64,000 bases of DNA from assembly GCA_963840035.1 (NCBI GenBank), contig CAWIXE010000003.1, forward strand, positions 288,001 through 352,000. The letters are read 5' to 3'. The notes beneath the pieces were generated by a model. It was not told where the DNA came from, ran no database searches, and saw only the letters and a list, made by a program, of their open reading frames with translations. The translations under genes and the position numbers were made by a program. Source of the DNA: a candidate division FCPU426 bacterium (lineage in GTDB: Bacteria; Oederibacteriota; PGYV01; Palsa-1178). Each line of letters opens with the position of its first letter. Positions within the stretch are counted from its first letter, which is position 1. Shown one piece after another: positions 49,027-59,321 of the stretch.

Positions 49027-50388
49027 ATGCTCGAACTTAAAGGCAAATCAATACTGATTCTCGGCGCCGGTAAAAGCGGCATATCGACCGCGAAATACCT
49101 GCTTGATAAGGGCGTCAAAAAGATAGTGTTAAGCGACACCAAATCCAGGGTCAAGTTTGACGCCGAGGCCATAGAGCTTGAGAAAAAAGGCGTGGTCCTG
49201 GAAACCGACGGCCATAAGGATTCGTCCTTTATGGAGGCTGATTACATCATACTTTCGCCGGGAGTGCCAGTGCAGGACAAGTGGAAGGAAGTCGCCTCGC
49301 GCAATAACAAGCTCATGATAGGCGACGTGGAATTCGCTTACCAGTTCACTGACGCGAAGATTGTGGCCATAACCGGCACGAACGGCAAGACAACGGTCAC
49401 AACTTTAATTTATGAAATAATGAAAGCGCAGATGGGGGATAAAGTGGAGCTCGCGGGCAATATAGGCATACCGTTTTGCGACTTGCTCGCCTCCGGCAAA
49501 AAACCCGAATACATAGTGGTTGAGATTTCGTCCTTTCAGCTTGAGGAGATACGTGATTTTAAGCCGGTGGTTTCGATAATACTCAACGTGACTGAGGACC
49601 ATCTGGACAGGTACAAATCCATGCAGGAATACGCCGAGGCAAAGGCGAACATATTCAAAAACCAGGGGCCAAACGAGGCGCTTATATTAAATACTGAGGA
49701 CAAATTTACGAGCATAATGGTTTCCATGTCAAAGACGAAAAAATATTATTTCTCGGCTTACAGGGAACTCGAAACGGGCTTTTATTTTAAGGACGGATGG
49801 TTCATGAAGTCGGAAGCCGGGAAAAAGGAAAAACTTTTCGCGGCTGACTCCATGAAGTTAATCGGAAAGCATAACTATGAGAACGTGCTTTCGTGCTACA
49901 TGACGGCCGAGATATTAAAACTCGACACAGAGGCGGCCATCAAAACCATACAGGAATTTACCGGGCTCCACCACAGGATAGAGTTCGTGGGCGAGGCCAG
50001 GGGCATAAAGTGCTATGACGACTCAAAAGGCACAAACGTGGACGCGGTATTAAAGGCCATGGAAACATTTGACCAGGACATGGCGCTCATTTTAGGCGGC
50101 AGGGAAAAAGGCACGGATTTTACCCCGATACTTGAAAAATTGACGCCTAACATAAAGGCGATAATAGCGCTTGGCGAAAACAGGGATAAGATAGAGTCCA
50201 TATTCACGCCAAAAATAGAAGTGAGGAAAGCCGCTTCCATGGAAGAGGCGGTAAACGCGGGTCTGACAGTGCCGGGCATAAAGGTGCTCTTATTATCGCC
50301 GGCATGCGCGTCGTTTGACCTTTTTAAAAATTATGCCCACAGGGGCGATGAGTTCAAAAAATACGTGTTAAAGGCGGCAGGAAAATGA
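49027..50388 (+). CDS. murD: UDP-MurNAc-L-Ala:D-Glu ligase
   Basis: GAGKSG, SPGV, ITGTNGKTT, EISSFQL, DDSKGTN, LSPACASFD. Confidence 0.97.
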   Translation: MLELKGKSILILGAGKSGISTAKYLLDKGVKKIVLSDTKSRVKFDAEAIELEKKGVVLETDGHKDSSFMEADYIILSPGVPVQDKWKEVASRNNKLMIGDVEFAYQFTDAKIVAITGTNGKTTVTTLIYEIMKAQMGDKVELAGNIGIPFCDLLASGKKPEYIVVEISSFQLEEIRDFKPVVSIILNVTEDHLDRYKSMQEYAEAKANIFKNQGPNEALILNTEDKFTSIMVSMSKTKKYYFSAYRELETGFYFKDGWFMKSEAGKKEKLFAADSMKLIGKHNYENVLSCYMTAEILKLDTEAAIKTIQEFTGLHHRIEFVGEARGIKCYDDSKGTNVDAVLKAMETFDQDMALILGGREKGTDFTPILEKLTPNIKAIIALGENRDKIESIFTPKIEVRKAASMEEAVNAGLTVPGIKVLLLSPACASFDLFKNYAHRGDEFKKYVLKAAGK

Positions 50389-51488
50389 AGGCAAATACTA
50401 CGGCGCACATCGACAGCGTGCTTTTATACGACGTGGTGGCGCTTACCTGCATCGGCTTCCTTATGATATGGAGCGCCGGGTCGGTATATTCCATACAAAA
50501 TTACCATGACAGCCTTTACCTGGTAAAAAAACAGGTAATGTGGATGGCCTTAAGCGTGGCCGCGGCTTTTTGGTTCTTTAAGATGGACAGGGCCAGGCTG
50601 GAAAAGATGATATGGCCGGGGCTCATTATCGCAATAGTGCTTTTATTCGCCGTGCACATACCGGGTTTAAGCCATAAAGTGGGCGGGGCTAAAAGGTGGC
50701 TCCAGTTAGGGCCGCTCTCGTTCCAGCCTTTTGAGATGGTAAAGGTGTTTTACGTGCTTTACATGGCGTCGCTGTTTTCCAATGAGACTTTTGAAAAGAC
50801 CAGGAAGGTTTTCAGGGGCACGATGGTAACCGGCATAGTGTGCCTGGGGCTCATACTGCAGAAGGATCTGGGCGGCACGGTTATCATAGGGCTTTTATAT
50901 TTTGCGTTCATGATAATGGGCGGGGTAAGCCTTGTGTTCCTGGGCGGGCTGCTTGGCATGGCTGTGGCAGGCGTGGGCGTGCTTGTAAAGGCCGAACCTT
51001 ACAGGATGGCAAGGATGCTTTCATTCATGGATCCGTGGAAGGACCCGCTCGGCGTGGGTTACCAGGTGGTCCAGTCATTGATAGCGGTCGGTTCCGGCGG
51101 GCCGCTTGGCGTGGGATTTTCAAACAGCCAGCAGAAGTTCCTTTACCTGCCGGCGCTTCATACGGACTATATATTCGCCATCATCGGCGAGGAGCTGGGG
51201 CTCTGGGGCACGACGCTGGTGCTCGCGCTTTTCATAACGCTCTTAGTGCGCGGCGCGTTTATCGCGATAAACGTAAAGGATAACTTTTTGAAATACATGG
51301 CGGCGGGGCTTACATTCATGATAACGGTGCAGGCGTCAATGAACATGGCGGTGGCGCTGGGGCTCATGCCTTCAAAAGGCACGACGCTTCCGTTTATCAG
51401 CTCCGGAGGCACGGCGCTTTTATTTACGTCTGTGGCGGTGGCGCTGCTTTTGTCGGCGTCTAAGGCGGCGTACGGGAGCGGCCGGTGA
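50385..51488 (+). CDS. ftsW: SEDS peptidoglycan polymerase FtsW
   Basis: GAKRW, FQPFE, GYQVVQS, HTDYIFAIIGEELG, LPFISSGG. Confidence 0.95.
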   Translation: MKANTTAHIDSVLLYDVVALTCIGFLMIWSAGSVYSIQNYHDSLYLVKKQVMWMALSVAAAFWFFKMDRARLEKMIWPGLIIAIVLLFAVHIPGLSHKVGGAKRWLQLGPLSFQPFEMVKVFYVLYMASLFSNETFEKTRKVFRGTMVTGIVCLGLILQKDLGGTVIIGLLYFAFMIMGGVSLVFLGGLLGMAVAGVGVLVKAEPYRMARMLSFMDPWKDPLGVGYQVVQSLIAVGSGGPLGVGFSNSQQKFLYLPALHTDYIFAIIGEELGLWGTTLVLALFITLLVRGAFIAINVKDNFLKYMAAGLTFMITVQASMNMAVALGLMPSKGTTLPFISSGGTALLFTSVAVALLLSASKAAYGSGR

Positions 51489-52576
51489 AGGTATTATTTA
51501 CCTGCGGCGGGACCGGCGGGCATATTTACCCGGCGATTGCCATGGCAGAGGCTTTGCAGGAACTCAACCGGAAAGCTGAAGTGCTCTTTGTAGGGTCCAT
51601 AAACGGAATGGAAAAAGAAATCATAGAAAGCAGGGGCTTTAAGTTCGCGGGAGTTGACGCGAGGCCTTTGATAAGGAAGTTTACAGTTAAGAACATAGTG
51701 AACGCTTTTTACATAGTAAAATCGCTCTTTGACGCGGCGCGCATAGTGAAGGACTTTGACCCTGATTTCGCGGCAGGCACCGGCGGGTTTGTTTCTTTCC
51801 CGGCCATAGAGGCTGCCTCATTCATGGGGAAAAGGACTTTGATACACGAGCCAAACATAGTGCCGGGGCTGGCAAACAGGCTGCTGGGGTTTACGGCGTC
51901 GGTTGTAACAGTTGGTTTTCCCGACACCATAAAGTATTTCCCGAAAGGCAAAACCGAAGTGACGGGAAACCCGGTAAGGGAATCCATACTGAAAAAGAGG
52001 AAAAGCCGGGCCGCAAAATACTTCGGATTAAGCGCGGCAAAGAAAACCGTGCTTGTGATGCCGGGGTCCAGGGCGGCAAAGTCAATTAATGCTGCCATGG
52101 AAAAACTGATGAGTTCGGATGATAAAGCGATAAAGCAGGCCCAGTTCATATGGATGACCGGCGGGGCCGGATTTGATGCGGCGAAAAAAGCCGCAAAGCA
52201 GCGCAAAGGCGCGAAGGTCGCGGTGCTGAAGTTCATTGACGACGCGGGGCTGGCATATTCGCTGGCAACGGCAGGGGTCTTACGGGCGGGCGCGGGGACA
52301 TTGACCGAACTTGCGGCTGTAAAGCTCCCGGCAGTATTGGTGCCTTACCCGCACGCGACAGATAACCACCAGGAAAAAAACGCCCGGGTGCTGGAGGCGA
52401 GGAAAGCGGCGCTTGTTTTAAACGACGCGGATTTAAACGAAGCGACGCTGGCTGAGGCCATAAAGAAAGTGCTGGAGCCCAAAAGGGGAGCGGCAATGAG
52501 GAAGGAACTCGGACGGATATATGAAGGCAACAGCGCGATAAGGATAATAAAAATATTAACCGGAGACAAACGATGA
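51485..52576 (+). CDS. murG: Lipid II GlcNAc transferase
   Basis: GGTGGHIYP, HEPN, GNPVR, RAGAGT, DNHQEKNA. Confidence 0.97.
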   Translation: MKVLFTCGGTGGHIYPAIAMAEALQELNRKAEVLFVGSINGMEKEIIESRGFKFAGVDARPLIRKFTVKNIVNAFYIVKSLFDAARIVKDFDPDFAAGTGGFVSFPAIEAASFMGKRTLIHEPNIVPGLANRLLGFTASVVTVGFPDTIKYFPKGKTEVTGNPVRESILKKRKSRAAKYFGLSAAKKTVLVMPGSRAAKSINAAMEKLMSSDDKAIKQAQFIWMTGGAGFDAAKKAAKQRKGAKVAVLKFIDDAGLAYSLATAGVLRAGAGTLTELAAVKLPAVLVPYPHATDNHQEKNARVLEARKAALVLNDADLNEATLAEAIKKVLEPKRGAAMRKELGRIYEGNSAIRIIKILTGDKR

Positions 52577-53940
52577 TGAAAGAGGTAAAGCAGATACACT
52601 TTATAGGGATAGGCGGGTCAGGCATGAACGGCATAGCCGAGATTCTCATAAATACAGGCTATAAAGTGACGGGTTCTGACATGAAAGAATCAGAGAACAC
52701 GGGCAGGATTCGGTCCATAGGCGGGAAGATTTTCATAGGCCATAACGAGAAGAACGTAAAAGGCGCTGATGTGGTCGTGTACTCCAACGCCGTGCCTGAG
52801 ACAAACCCTGAAATAGTCAAAGCCAGGAAGATGAAGGTGCCCGTCATACCCAGGGCGGTGATGTTAGACGAAGTCATGCGCTTAAAATACGGCATAGCAA
52901 TCGCGGGCTCGCACGGCAAGACCACCACGACATCCATGCTGGCCACCATATTCATGGAAGCCAAGCTTGACCCGACATACATAATCGGCGGAGTGGTGAA
53001 ATCCGGCGGCGTGCATGCCAGGGCGGGAAAAGGCAGGTATGTCATTGCCGAGGCGTGCGAGGCATTCGGCTCGTTCCTGCATTTAAACCCGGTCATCGCG
53101 GGCGTGACGAACATAGACAACGACCACATGGATTATTATAAAAAGATGGACGCTTTAAAAGAGGCGTTTGTGAATTTCGTCAACAAGGTGCCGTTTTACG
53201 GCGCGGCTTACTTAAACGGCGACGACGCGAACATAAAGTCCATAAAGAGCGAGATATTTGCCAGGTCCATTTACTACGGCTTTGACACGACAAACGACAT
53301 ATACGCCAAGAAGATACATTTTAAGGGGTTCACGCAGGGATTTACAGTCGTGTATCACGGAAAAAACCTCGGGGTTTTTGAACTCAACATCCCGGGAAAA
53401 CATAACATCCAGAATTCCCTGATGGCCATTGCCATTGCCATAGACACCGGGATTTCGCCGGCGACAGTAAAAAAAGGCCTTAAGAAATTTAAGAACGTAA
53501 AAAGGCGCTTCAATATATTTAAAATGAAGAACTTTAACGTTGTGGATGATTACGCGCACCACCCCATGGAAGTCACAAAAGTAATGGAAACCGGCAAGGA
53601 CATGGCGAAAAAAGGGAGGGTAATAGCGGTTTTTCAGCCGCACCTTTTCTCCAGGACACAGCAGCTTTTCAGGGAATTTGGCAAGGCGCTGGCAATAGCG
53701 GATATGGTCATAATCGACAAGATATACCCGGCAAGGGAAGCGCCGATAGTGGGCGTGACATCGAACTTAATAGCGGACTCCATGAAGCAGGACGGATATA
53801 AGAATGTGTTTGTTGAGACCGAGTGGGGCTCTATATCGGAGCGCTTAAGGAAAACAGTTAAAAAAGGCGACCTGGTATTTTTAATGGGCGCGGGAAACAT
53901 TTATGAGCTCAGGAATGAAATAGAAAAGTGGGCCAAGTGA
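52573..53940 (+). CDS. murC: UDP-MurNAc:L-Ala ligase
   Basis: HFIGIGGSGM, GSHGKTTTT, DDYAHHP, FQPHLFSRT. Confidence 0.97.
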   Translation: MMKEVKQIHFIGIGGSGMNGIAEILINTGYKVTGSDMKESENTGRIRSIGGKIFIGHNEKNVKGADVVVYSNAVPETNPEIVKARKMKVPVIPRAVMLDEVMRLKYGIAIAGSHGKTTTTSMLATIFMEAKLDPTYIIGGVVKSGGVHARAGKGRYVIAEACEAFGSFLHLNPVIAGVTNIDNDHMDYYKKMDALKEAFVNFVNKVPFYGAAYLNGDDANIKSIKSEIFARSIYYGFDTTNDIYAKKIHFKGFTQGFTVVYHGKNLGVFELNIPGKHNIQNSLMAIAIAIDTGISPATVKKGLKKFKNVKRRFNIFKMKNFNVVDDYAHHPMEVTKVMETGKDMAKKGRVIAVFQPHLFSRTQQLFREFGKALAIADMVIIDKIYPAREAPIVGVTSNLIADSMKQDGYKNVFVETEWGSISERLRKTVKKGDLVFLMGAGNIYELRNEIEKWAK

Positions 53941-54839
53941 GCGGATTTTACAGTGACTTAAAAGCCGCGGGCATTAAATATATAAAGGATTTTTCGCTCA
54001 AGGAAAAAGCGAATTTTAGGATAGGCGGAAAAGCCGAATGTTATTTGAAAGCGGAAAACACAGTGGCGCTGGCCGGCGTGGTAAAGGCTGCCGGGGCCGC
54101 GAAAAAAGAGATGTTCGTGATGGGCAACCTTACAAATGTGCTTATAAGCGACGGAAAACTCAAAAAGGTTTTCATAGAGCTTAAAGGCGACTTCACAGCG
54201 GTGCGCAGTGAAGGCGTTGTGAGGGTTTTTGCCGGGGCAGGAGCGAAGATGAACGCGGTATTGGGTTTCCTTATAAGGAAGGGTTTAAAGGGAATGGAGT
54301 TCATGGCCGGCATACCGGGCACAGTGGGCGGAGCCGTTTACATGAACGCGGGCGCCTTTGGAAAATCAATAAGCCCGCTTATTACAAGGGTATATTACAT
54401 GGATAAAAAAGGAAAGTGCGGGGTATTAACGGACATAAAAAAGGGCTTCTCATACAGGCACTCGGTATTTCAGGAAAACGGCTTCATAATAACAGGCGCG
54501 GAATTTAAGCTAAAAAAAGGAAAACCCGCGGAGATTAAAAAAGAAATGGCTGAAATCATAAAACAAAGGCACGCGAAGCACCCGTGGAAAGCGTACTGCG
54601 CGGGAAGCTTCTTTAAGAACGGAAAGGATTACACAGCCGGCAAGCTCATAGAACAGGCCGGGTTTAAGGGCAGGAAAGTCGGAGGAGCGAAGATATCCGA
54701 GATGCATGGCAATTTTTTGATAAACGATACAGGAAAAGCCAGCTGTAAAGATGTCATGAAGCTGGCTGCGATAGTAAAGAAGGAAGTGTATAAGAAGTTT
54801 AAAGTAAGGCTGGAAGAGGAAGTCAGGGTTATCAAGTAG
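53928..54839 (+). CDS. murB: UDP-N-acetylenolpyruvoylglucosamine reductase
   Basis: IGGKA, GIPGTVGGAVYMNAGA, AGSFFKN, HGNFLIN. Confidence 0.95.
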   Translation: MGQVSGFYSDLKAAGIKYIKDFSLKEKANFRIGGKAECYLKAENTVALAGVVKAAGAAKKEMFVMGNLTNVLISDGKLKKVFIELKGDFTAVRSEGVVRVFAGAGAKMNAVLGFLIRKGLKGMEFMAGIPGTVGGAVYMNAGAFGKSISPLITRVYYMDKKGKCGVLTDIKKGFSYRHSVFQENGFIITGAEFKLKKGKPAEIKKEMAEIIKQRHAKHPWKAYCAGSFFKNGKDYTAGKLIEQAGFKGRKVGGAKISEMHGNFLINDTGKASCKDVMKLAAIVKKEVYKKFKVRLEEEVRVIK

Positions 54840-55111
54840 AGAGCCGGCTTGCTGGCTCTCCACGTTTGAGAGGGAGCAAGCCCCCTCTCTACGGAGGAAT
54901 GTGGAAATCGGTAGCCGCAGCCTTTAGGCTGCGTAAGGAAGGATTTAGATCTCGTAGGGGCGAGTCGGTGACTCGCCCGCAGCGAGGGGCGTATAAGGCG
55001 GCCTTAAGATCTAAGGCCGGGCGAGCCACCGGCTCGCCCCTACGAAGGCAAGGCTTTGTAATTAAAAATTAGAAATAAGAAATTAGAAATCATAACAAGG
55101 AGAACCAGACC

Positions 55112-56023
55112 ATGGCAAAGATTAAGAAACCGCGTATCGGCGTTATCATGGGCGGGATTTCGTCGGAGAGGGAAGTTTCCCTTAATTCCGGCAGGGCCAT
55201 TGTAAAAGCATTATCAGAACACGGCGAGAATGTTGTTGCCATAGACTTAGACAGCCGTTCCATGGATAAAATACTTGCGGCAAAAATAGACGTGGCTGTC
55301 ATAGCCCTTCACGGCACATACGGCGAGGACGGCGTCATACAGGGCATGCTTGAGTTTCTCGGCATTCCTTATACGGGAAGCGGCGTTATGGCCTCCGCGG
55401 TCGGTATGAACAAGGTCATGACAAAACAGATTGCGGCTTTTAACGGAGTGGATACGGCAAAGTGGCAGGTGCTCGATACCATAGCGGATTTAAAGAAACT
55501 GAAGATGAAATACCCGTATGTTTTTAAGCCTGAAGAGGAAGGTTCTTCCGTAGGGGTATATATAATAAAGAATAAAAAAGAGGCTTTTAAATATTTTCCG
55601 AAATCAAGGAAATACGGAAGGGTTATAGCTGAGGAATACATAAAAGGCACTGAAATAGCCGTGCCTGTATTATTTGGCGAAGTCCTTCCTATTATAGAGA
55701 TAGTGCCCGCGAATGAATTCTATGATTATGAGTCAAAATATACCGTAGGCATGTCAGAGCACATAATACCGGCCAGGATAACAGCCGCGGAGGAAAAAAG
55801 GGCTGAAAAGACCGCCCTTATGGTATATAACGCCTTAAATTGCAGGGACTATACGAGGGTGGACCTCATAGTAAGGAAAGGCAAGGCGTATCTCATAGAG
55901 GTAAATACGCTGCCTGGTATGACTGACTTAAGCCTTTTTCCGGATTCGGCGAAAAAGGCCGGGATCGGATTTTATGAACTGATAATGATGTTTGTGAAGG
56001 CCGCGTTAGCACGCGGCAAATAA
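55112..56023 (+). CDS. ddl: D-alanine--D-alanine ligase
   Basis: GGISSEREVS, LHGTYGEDG, GSSVG, YDYESKY, EVNTLPGMT. Confidence 0.97.
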   Translation: MAKIKKPRIGVIMGGISSEREVSLNSGRAIVKALSEHGENVVAIDLDSRSMDKILAAKIDVAVIALHGTYGEDGVIQGMLEFLGIPYTGSGVMASAVGMNKVMTKQIAAFNGVDTAKWQVLDTIADLKKLKMKYPYVFKPEEEGSSVGVYIIKNKKEAFKYFPKSRKYGRVIAEEYIKGTEIAVPVLFGEVLPIIEIVPANEFYDYESKYTVGMSEHIIPARITAAEEKRAEKTALMVYNALNCRDYTRVDLIVRKGKAYLIEVNTLPGMTDLSLFPDSAKKAGIGFYELIMMFVKAALARGK

Positions 56024-56287
56024 GTTCTTTGTAGAGACGCAGACTTGCCGCGTCTCAGACGCTGAAAGGCGAGACACAGCAAGCTGTGTCTCTACGAATA
56101 ACAAAAGCAAGGCGGTTTGTTGTCGTAGGGGCGAGTCGGTGACTCGCCCGCAGCGAGGGACGTATAAGGCGGCCTTAAGATCTAAGGCCGGGCGAGCCAC
56201 ACGTTTTCGCTGAAGCTTCAACGTGCAAGGCCGGCTCGCCCCTACGAAAGCAAGTACGGTAAATAGAAATTAAAAACAGGAGCGCAA

Positions 56288-56896
56288 ATGTACGGAAAAC
56301 AGAAATTCGGCGGGTTTGTCGAAAAGCGGTCCAGAGTTGCTACGGTTGGCGCGCAGGCTAAGGGATTGGGGTCTGCCCTTAAAAAGCTTATGCTCATGGC
56401 CATGCTTCTTGTGGTCTTCGGGGCTTCCGTGAATTTTCTGGCAAGGTATGCCGCCGAGAGGATACAGGACATGAAGATGCCGGCGCTGCCTTCATTTAAC
56501 CTCTTTGGCAGGCCCGTGTACCTCATAAACCAGGGCAATCTGTACGTGATGTACTCGGACATGAAGACAAAGATGGCGGATTCAAACATAGACAGGCATT
56601 ACCTGCCTTACATCTCAGGCGTCGCCCAGCAGGAAAAAAGGCCTGAATACATAAAGGCGCTAAAGCAGGCCGTGGCTGTCAAAGCGGAATACTTAACGCG
56701 CATATCAGAGGTTAGCCTGCGCAACCCTTCCTCCATAATATTCATACATGAGGACGGCGGCATCATAGAGTTTGGAGATTCCATAACAGCTGAAAAGCTG
56801 GATAAATATATGGTAGCCCTGAAAACATACAAGGAACTCGGCAGGAAGTTTAAAAAAATGGATTTAAGGTTTGACGGCAGGGTTATCTTAAACTGA
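56288..56896 (+). CDS. ftsQ: FtsQ/DivIB-like protein (short)
   Basis: One TM, LPYISG, C-terminal MDLRFDGRVI; between ddl and ftsA. Confidence 0.65.
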   Translation: MYGKQKFGGFVEKRSRVATVGAQAKGLGSALKKLMLMAMLLVVFGASVNFLARYAAERIQDMKMPALPSFNLFGRPVYLINQGNLYVMYSDMKTKMADSNIDRHYLPYISGVAQQEKRPEYIKALKQAVAVKAEYLTRISEVSLRNPSSIIFIHEDGGIIEFGDSITAEKLDKYMVALKTYKELGRKFKKMDLRFDGRVILN

Positions 56897-56913
56897 AAAA
56901 GGAGAAACAACAC

Positions 56914-58161
56914 ATGCAGCACGGAGAATCGGAAATCGTCGCGGCAGTCGACATCGGGACAACAAAGGTATGCACGGTCATAGCTGAGGTAATAAATGAC
57001 GAGATAAACGTCATAGGCGTGGGGTGGCAGGAAAACAGCGGGGTCTCAAAGGGCTCCATTAACAACATTGCCGAAACTACCGAGGCCATCAGGAAGTCCG
57101 TGGGCAAGGCCGAGGAAATGGCAAAAGTGAAAGTGACGGGCGTGCTCGCCTCGATATCGGGCAAGCACATATCCGGGATAAAGGGCCACGGCGAAACAGC
57201 GCTTTCCCACCAGAAGCAGAAAGAAATAAACGAGGATGACAAGTCGCGCGCCATGGACGGCGCGACAAGCATAAGGATGTCGCAGGACAGGGAACGCCTC
57301 CATGTGGTGCCCATACAGTACATAGTCGACTCACAGGACGAGATAGAGGACCCGCTCGGCATGACAGGCATGAAACTTGAAGTGGACGCGTACGTGGTGA
57401 CGGGCTCGCTGACAGCCATAGACAATGTAAAAAAAGTCATAGAAAAAGCCGGGCTGCATGTGGCGGACATAATACTTCAGGGAATGGCTTCGGCCAACTC
57501 GGTGCTTTACCCTGATGAAAAAGACGTGGGAGTGCTGCTTTTGGACATCGGCGGCGGCACCACTGACATGGCGCTTTATTACAGGAAGTCGCTCAGGTTT
57601 GTCAGGGTCATACCCGTGGGCGGGCAGTATATAACAAACGACATCGTTCAGGGGCTCCAGACGCCCAAGGCAACGGCCGAAGAACTAAAGAAAAAATACG
57701 GCCTGCTGGAAAGCGAAGGCCAGGCCGACGGCATGTCCATGACCGAGGAATGGATAGACGTGCCTGATATGGGAAGCTCAAAAGTGGAAAAAGTGGAGAG
57801 AAAAGCACTTTCCAAGTTCGTCAAGCCGCGCGTCCAGGAGCTCATCAGGTTCGTGGAAGAGGAGCTTAAAAAAGAGGGCATAGACAAGAACATGTATGCC
57901 GGCGGCATAGTGTTAACGGGCGGCACTTCATTATTAAAGGGTATAGACGGTCTCTTCAAAGAAGAGCTTGGCATGAGGGTGAGGATAGGCGCGCCGCTTA
58001 AGGAAAAAGTGGTGGGGCTCTACGACATAGTCAGCACGCCCGAGTACGCGACAGTCATCGGGCTCATTGAGTACTACATAAGGGAACAGGGAAGAAATAA
58101 TTCATTCTCTATCCCACAAACCCGGGGTCTTAGACGGGCTGTGGGCTTTCATAAAAAATAA
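56914..58161 (+). CDS. ftsA: Cell division protein FtsA (true end probably 58180 after frameshift correction)
   Basis: DIGTTKV, DIGGGTT, GIVLTGG, YATVIGL. Confidence 0.95.
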   Translation: MQHGESEIVAAVDIGTTKVCTVIAEVINDEINVIGVGWQENSGVSKGSINNIAETTEAIRKSVGKAEEMAKVKVTGVLASISGKHISGIKGHGETALSHQKQKEINEDDKSRAMDGATSIRMSQDRERLHVVPIQYIVDSQDEIEDPLGMTGMKLEVDAYVVTGSLTAIDNVKKVIEKAGLHVADIILQGMASANSVLYPDEKDVGVLLLDIGGGTTDMALYYRKSLRFVRVIPVGGQYITNDIVQGLQTPKATAEELKKKYGLLESEGQADGMSMTEEWIDVPDMGSSKVEKVERKALSKFVKPRVQELIRFVEEELKKEGIDKNMYAGGIVLTGGTSLLKGIDGLFKEELGMRVRIGAPLKEKVVGLYDIVSTPEYATVIGLIEYYIREQGRNNSFSIPQTRGLRRAVGFHKK

Positions 58162-58190
58162 TATTTTAGATAAAATTTAGGAGGTGGGGC

Positions 58191-59321
58191 ATGGAAGAAT
58201 TAGAAGGAAAACTGAAATTTGAATACGCGGAAATGGAAGCGGACGAGACGACGGGGATCAAGATAAAGGTAATAGGCGTCGGAGGCTGCGGCTGCAACAT
58301 CATTAACGACATGTCAGAGGCGGGATTATCCGACGCTGATTTAATCGCCGCCAACACCGACATGCAGTCCCTCCAGAGGGTCTTAGCCGGCGAAAAGATA
58401 CAGATAGGAAACAAGCTCACCAAAGGCGGCGGCGCCGGTTCAAACCCTGAAAAGGGCGAAAAAGCGGCTGAAGAGGACAGGGACCTGCTCGAGTCCAAAC
58501 TGCGCGGCACTGACATGCTTTTCATCACCTGCGGATTGGGCGGAGGCACCGGCTCGGGAGCGGCTCCGGTAATCGCCGACATTGCCAGGGGCCTGGATAT
58601 CCTGACAGTGGGCGTGGTCATAACGCCGACCAAGATGGAAATGGACAACCCCAGGAAGAGGAAAATAGTGGAAGAGTCCATGGCGCGCTTAAAGGACAAA
58701 GTAAACTCCATCATCACTATATCAAATGAGAAGATATTTGAAGTATGCGAACTGGCCACCACCATACCGCAGGCGTACAAGGAAGCCAACAAGGTCTTAA
58801 TCGACATTGTAAACGGCATTGTGGCCATGATAGCAAAGCCGGGGCTGCAGAACATAGATTTTGAGGATGTTAAGGCGACCCTAAAGCAGAAGGGCGACAC
58901 TTACCTGGGAATAGGCAGGGCCAGCGGCACTGACAAGGCAAAGAAGGCGTTTGAGCGCGCGTTAAAGAACCCGTTCATCGGCGACGTGGAGTTAAACGGC
59001 GCCAAGGAAATGCTCATCAACTTTGTTGGCAATATAACAGTCGCGGAGCTCAAAGAAATAGACAACATAAAGAAAATGACGGGCAAGGACGCTTCGCTTA
59101 AGTACGGCGTGGTATGCGATGATTCCATGGGCGATGAGATTGAAGTGGTCATCCTCATATCCGGGATAAAGGACGGGGCCACGTCTGTAGGAGTTATGCC
59201 TGATTTCGCCGCGGAGAAAAAAGTTGAGCACGTCACCACCATGATAGGCAACAGCGTAAGGACGCTGGTGGAAAATAATTATGAGAACGTTGAAATACCT
59301 ACGTTCCAAAGGTTGTCGTAA
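58191..59321 (+). CDS. ftsZ: Cell division protein FtsZ
   Basis: IKVIGVGG, NTD, GGGTGSGAAP, NIDFEDV, C-terminal EIPTF. Confidence 0.95.
   Translation: MEELEGKLKFEYAEMEADETTGIKIKVIGVGGCGCNIINDMSEAGLSDADLIAANTDMQSLQRVLAGEKIQIGNKLTKGGGAGSNPEKGEKAAEEDRDLLESKLRGTDMLFITCGLGGGTGSGAAPVIADIARGLDILTVGVVITPTKMEMDNPRKRKIVEESMARLKDKVNSIITISNEKIFEVCELATTIPQAYKEANKVLIDIVNGIVAMIAKPGLQNIDFEDVKATLKQKGDTYLGIGRASGTDKAKKAFERALKNPFIGDVELNGAKEMLINFVGNITVAELKEIDNIKKMTGKDASLKYGVVCDDSMGDEIEVVILISGIKDGATSVGVMPDFAAEKKVEHVTTMIGNSVRTLVENNYENVEIPTFQRLS

Larger units (their letters stand above)
7887..54892. repeat. REPIN family D (dispersed): GTAGAGAGCCGGCTTGCTGGCTCTC...GAGAGGGAGCAAGCCCCCTCTCTAC
   Basis: 7887-7964, 47639-47696, 54836-54892. 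Confidence 0.88.
16880..56095. repeat. REPIN family C (dispersed): GTAGAGACGC...GTCTCTAC
   Basis: 16880-16959, 38865-38949, 56031-56095. Confidence 0.88.
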
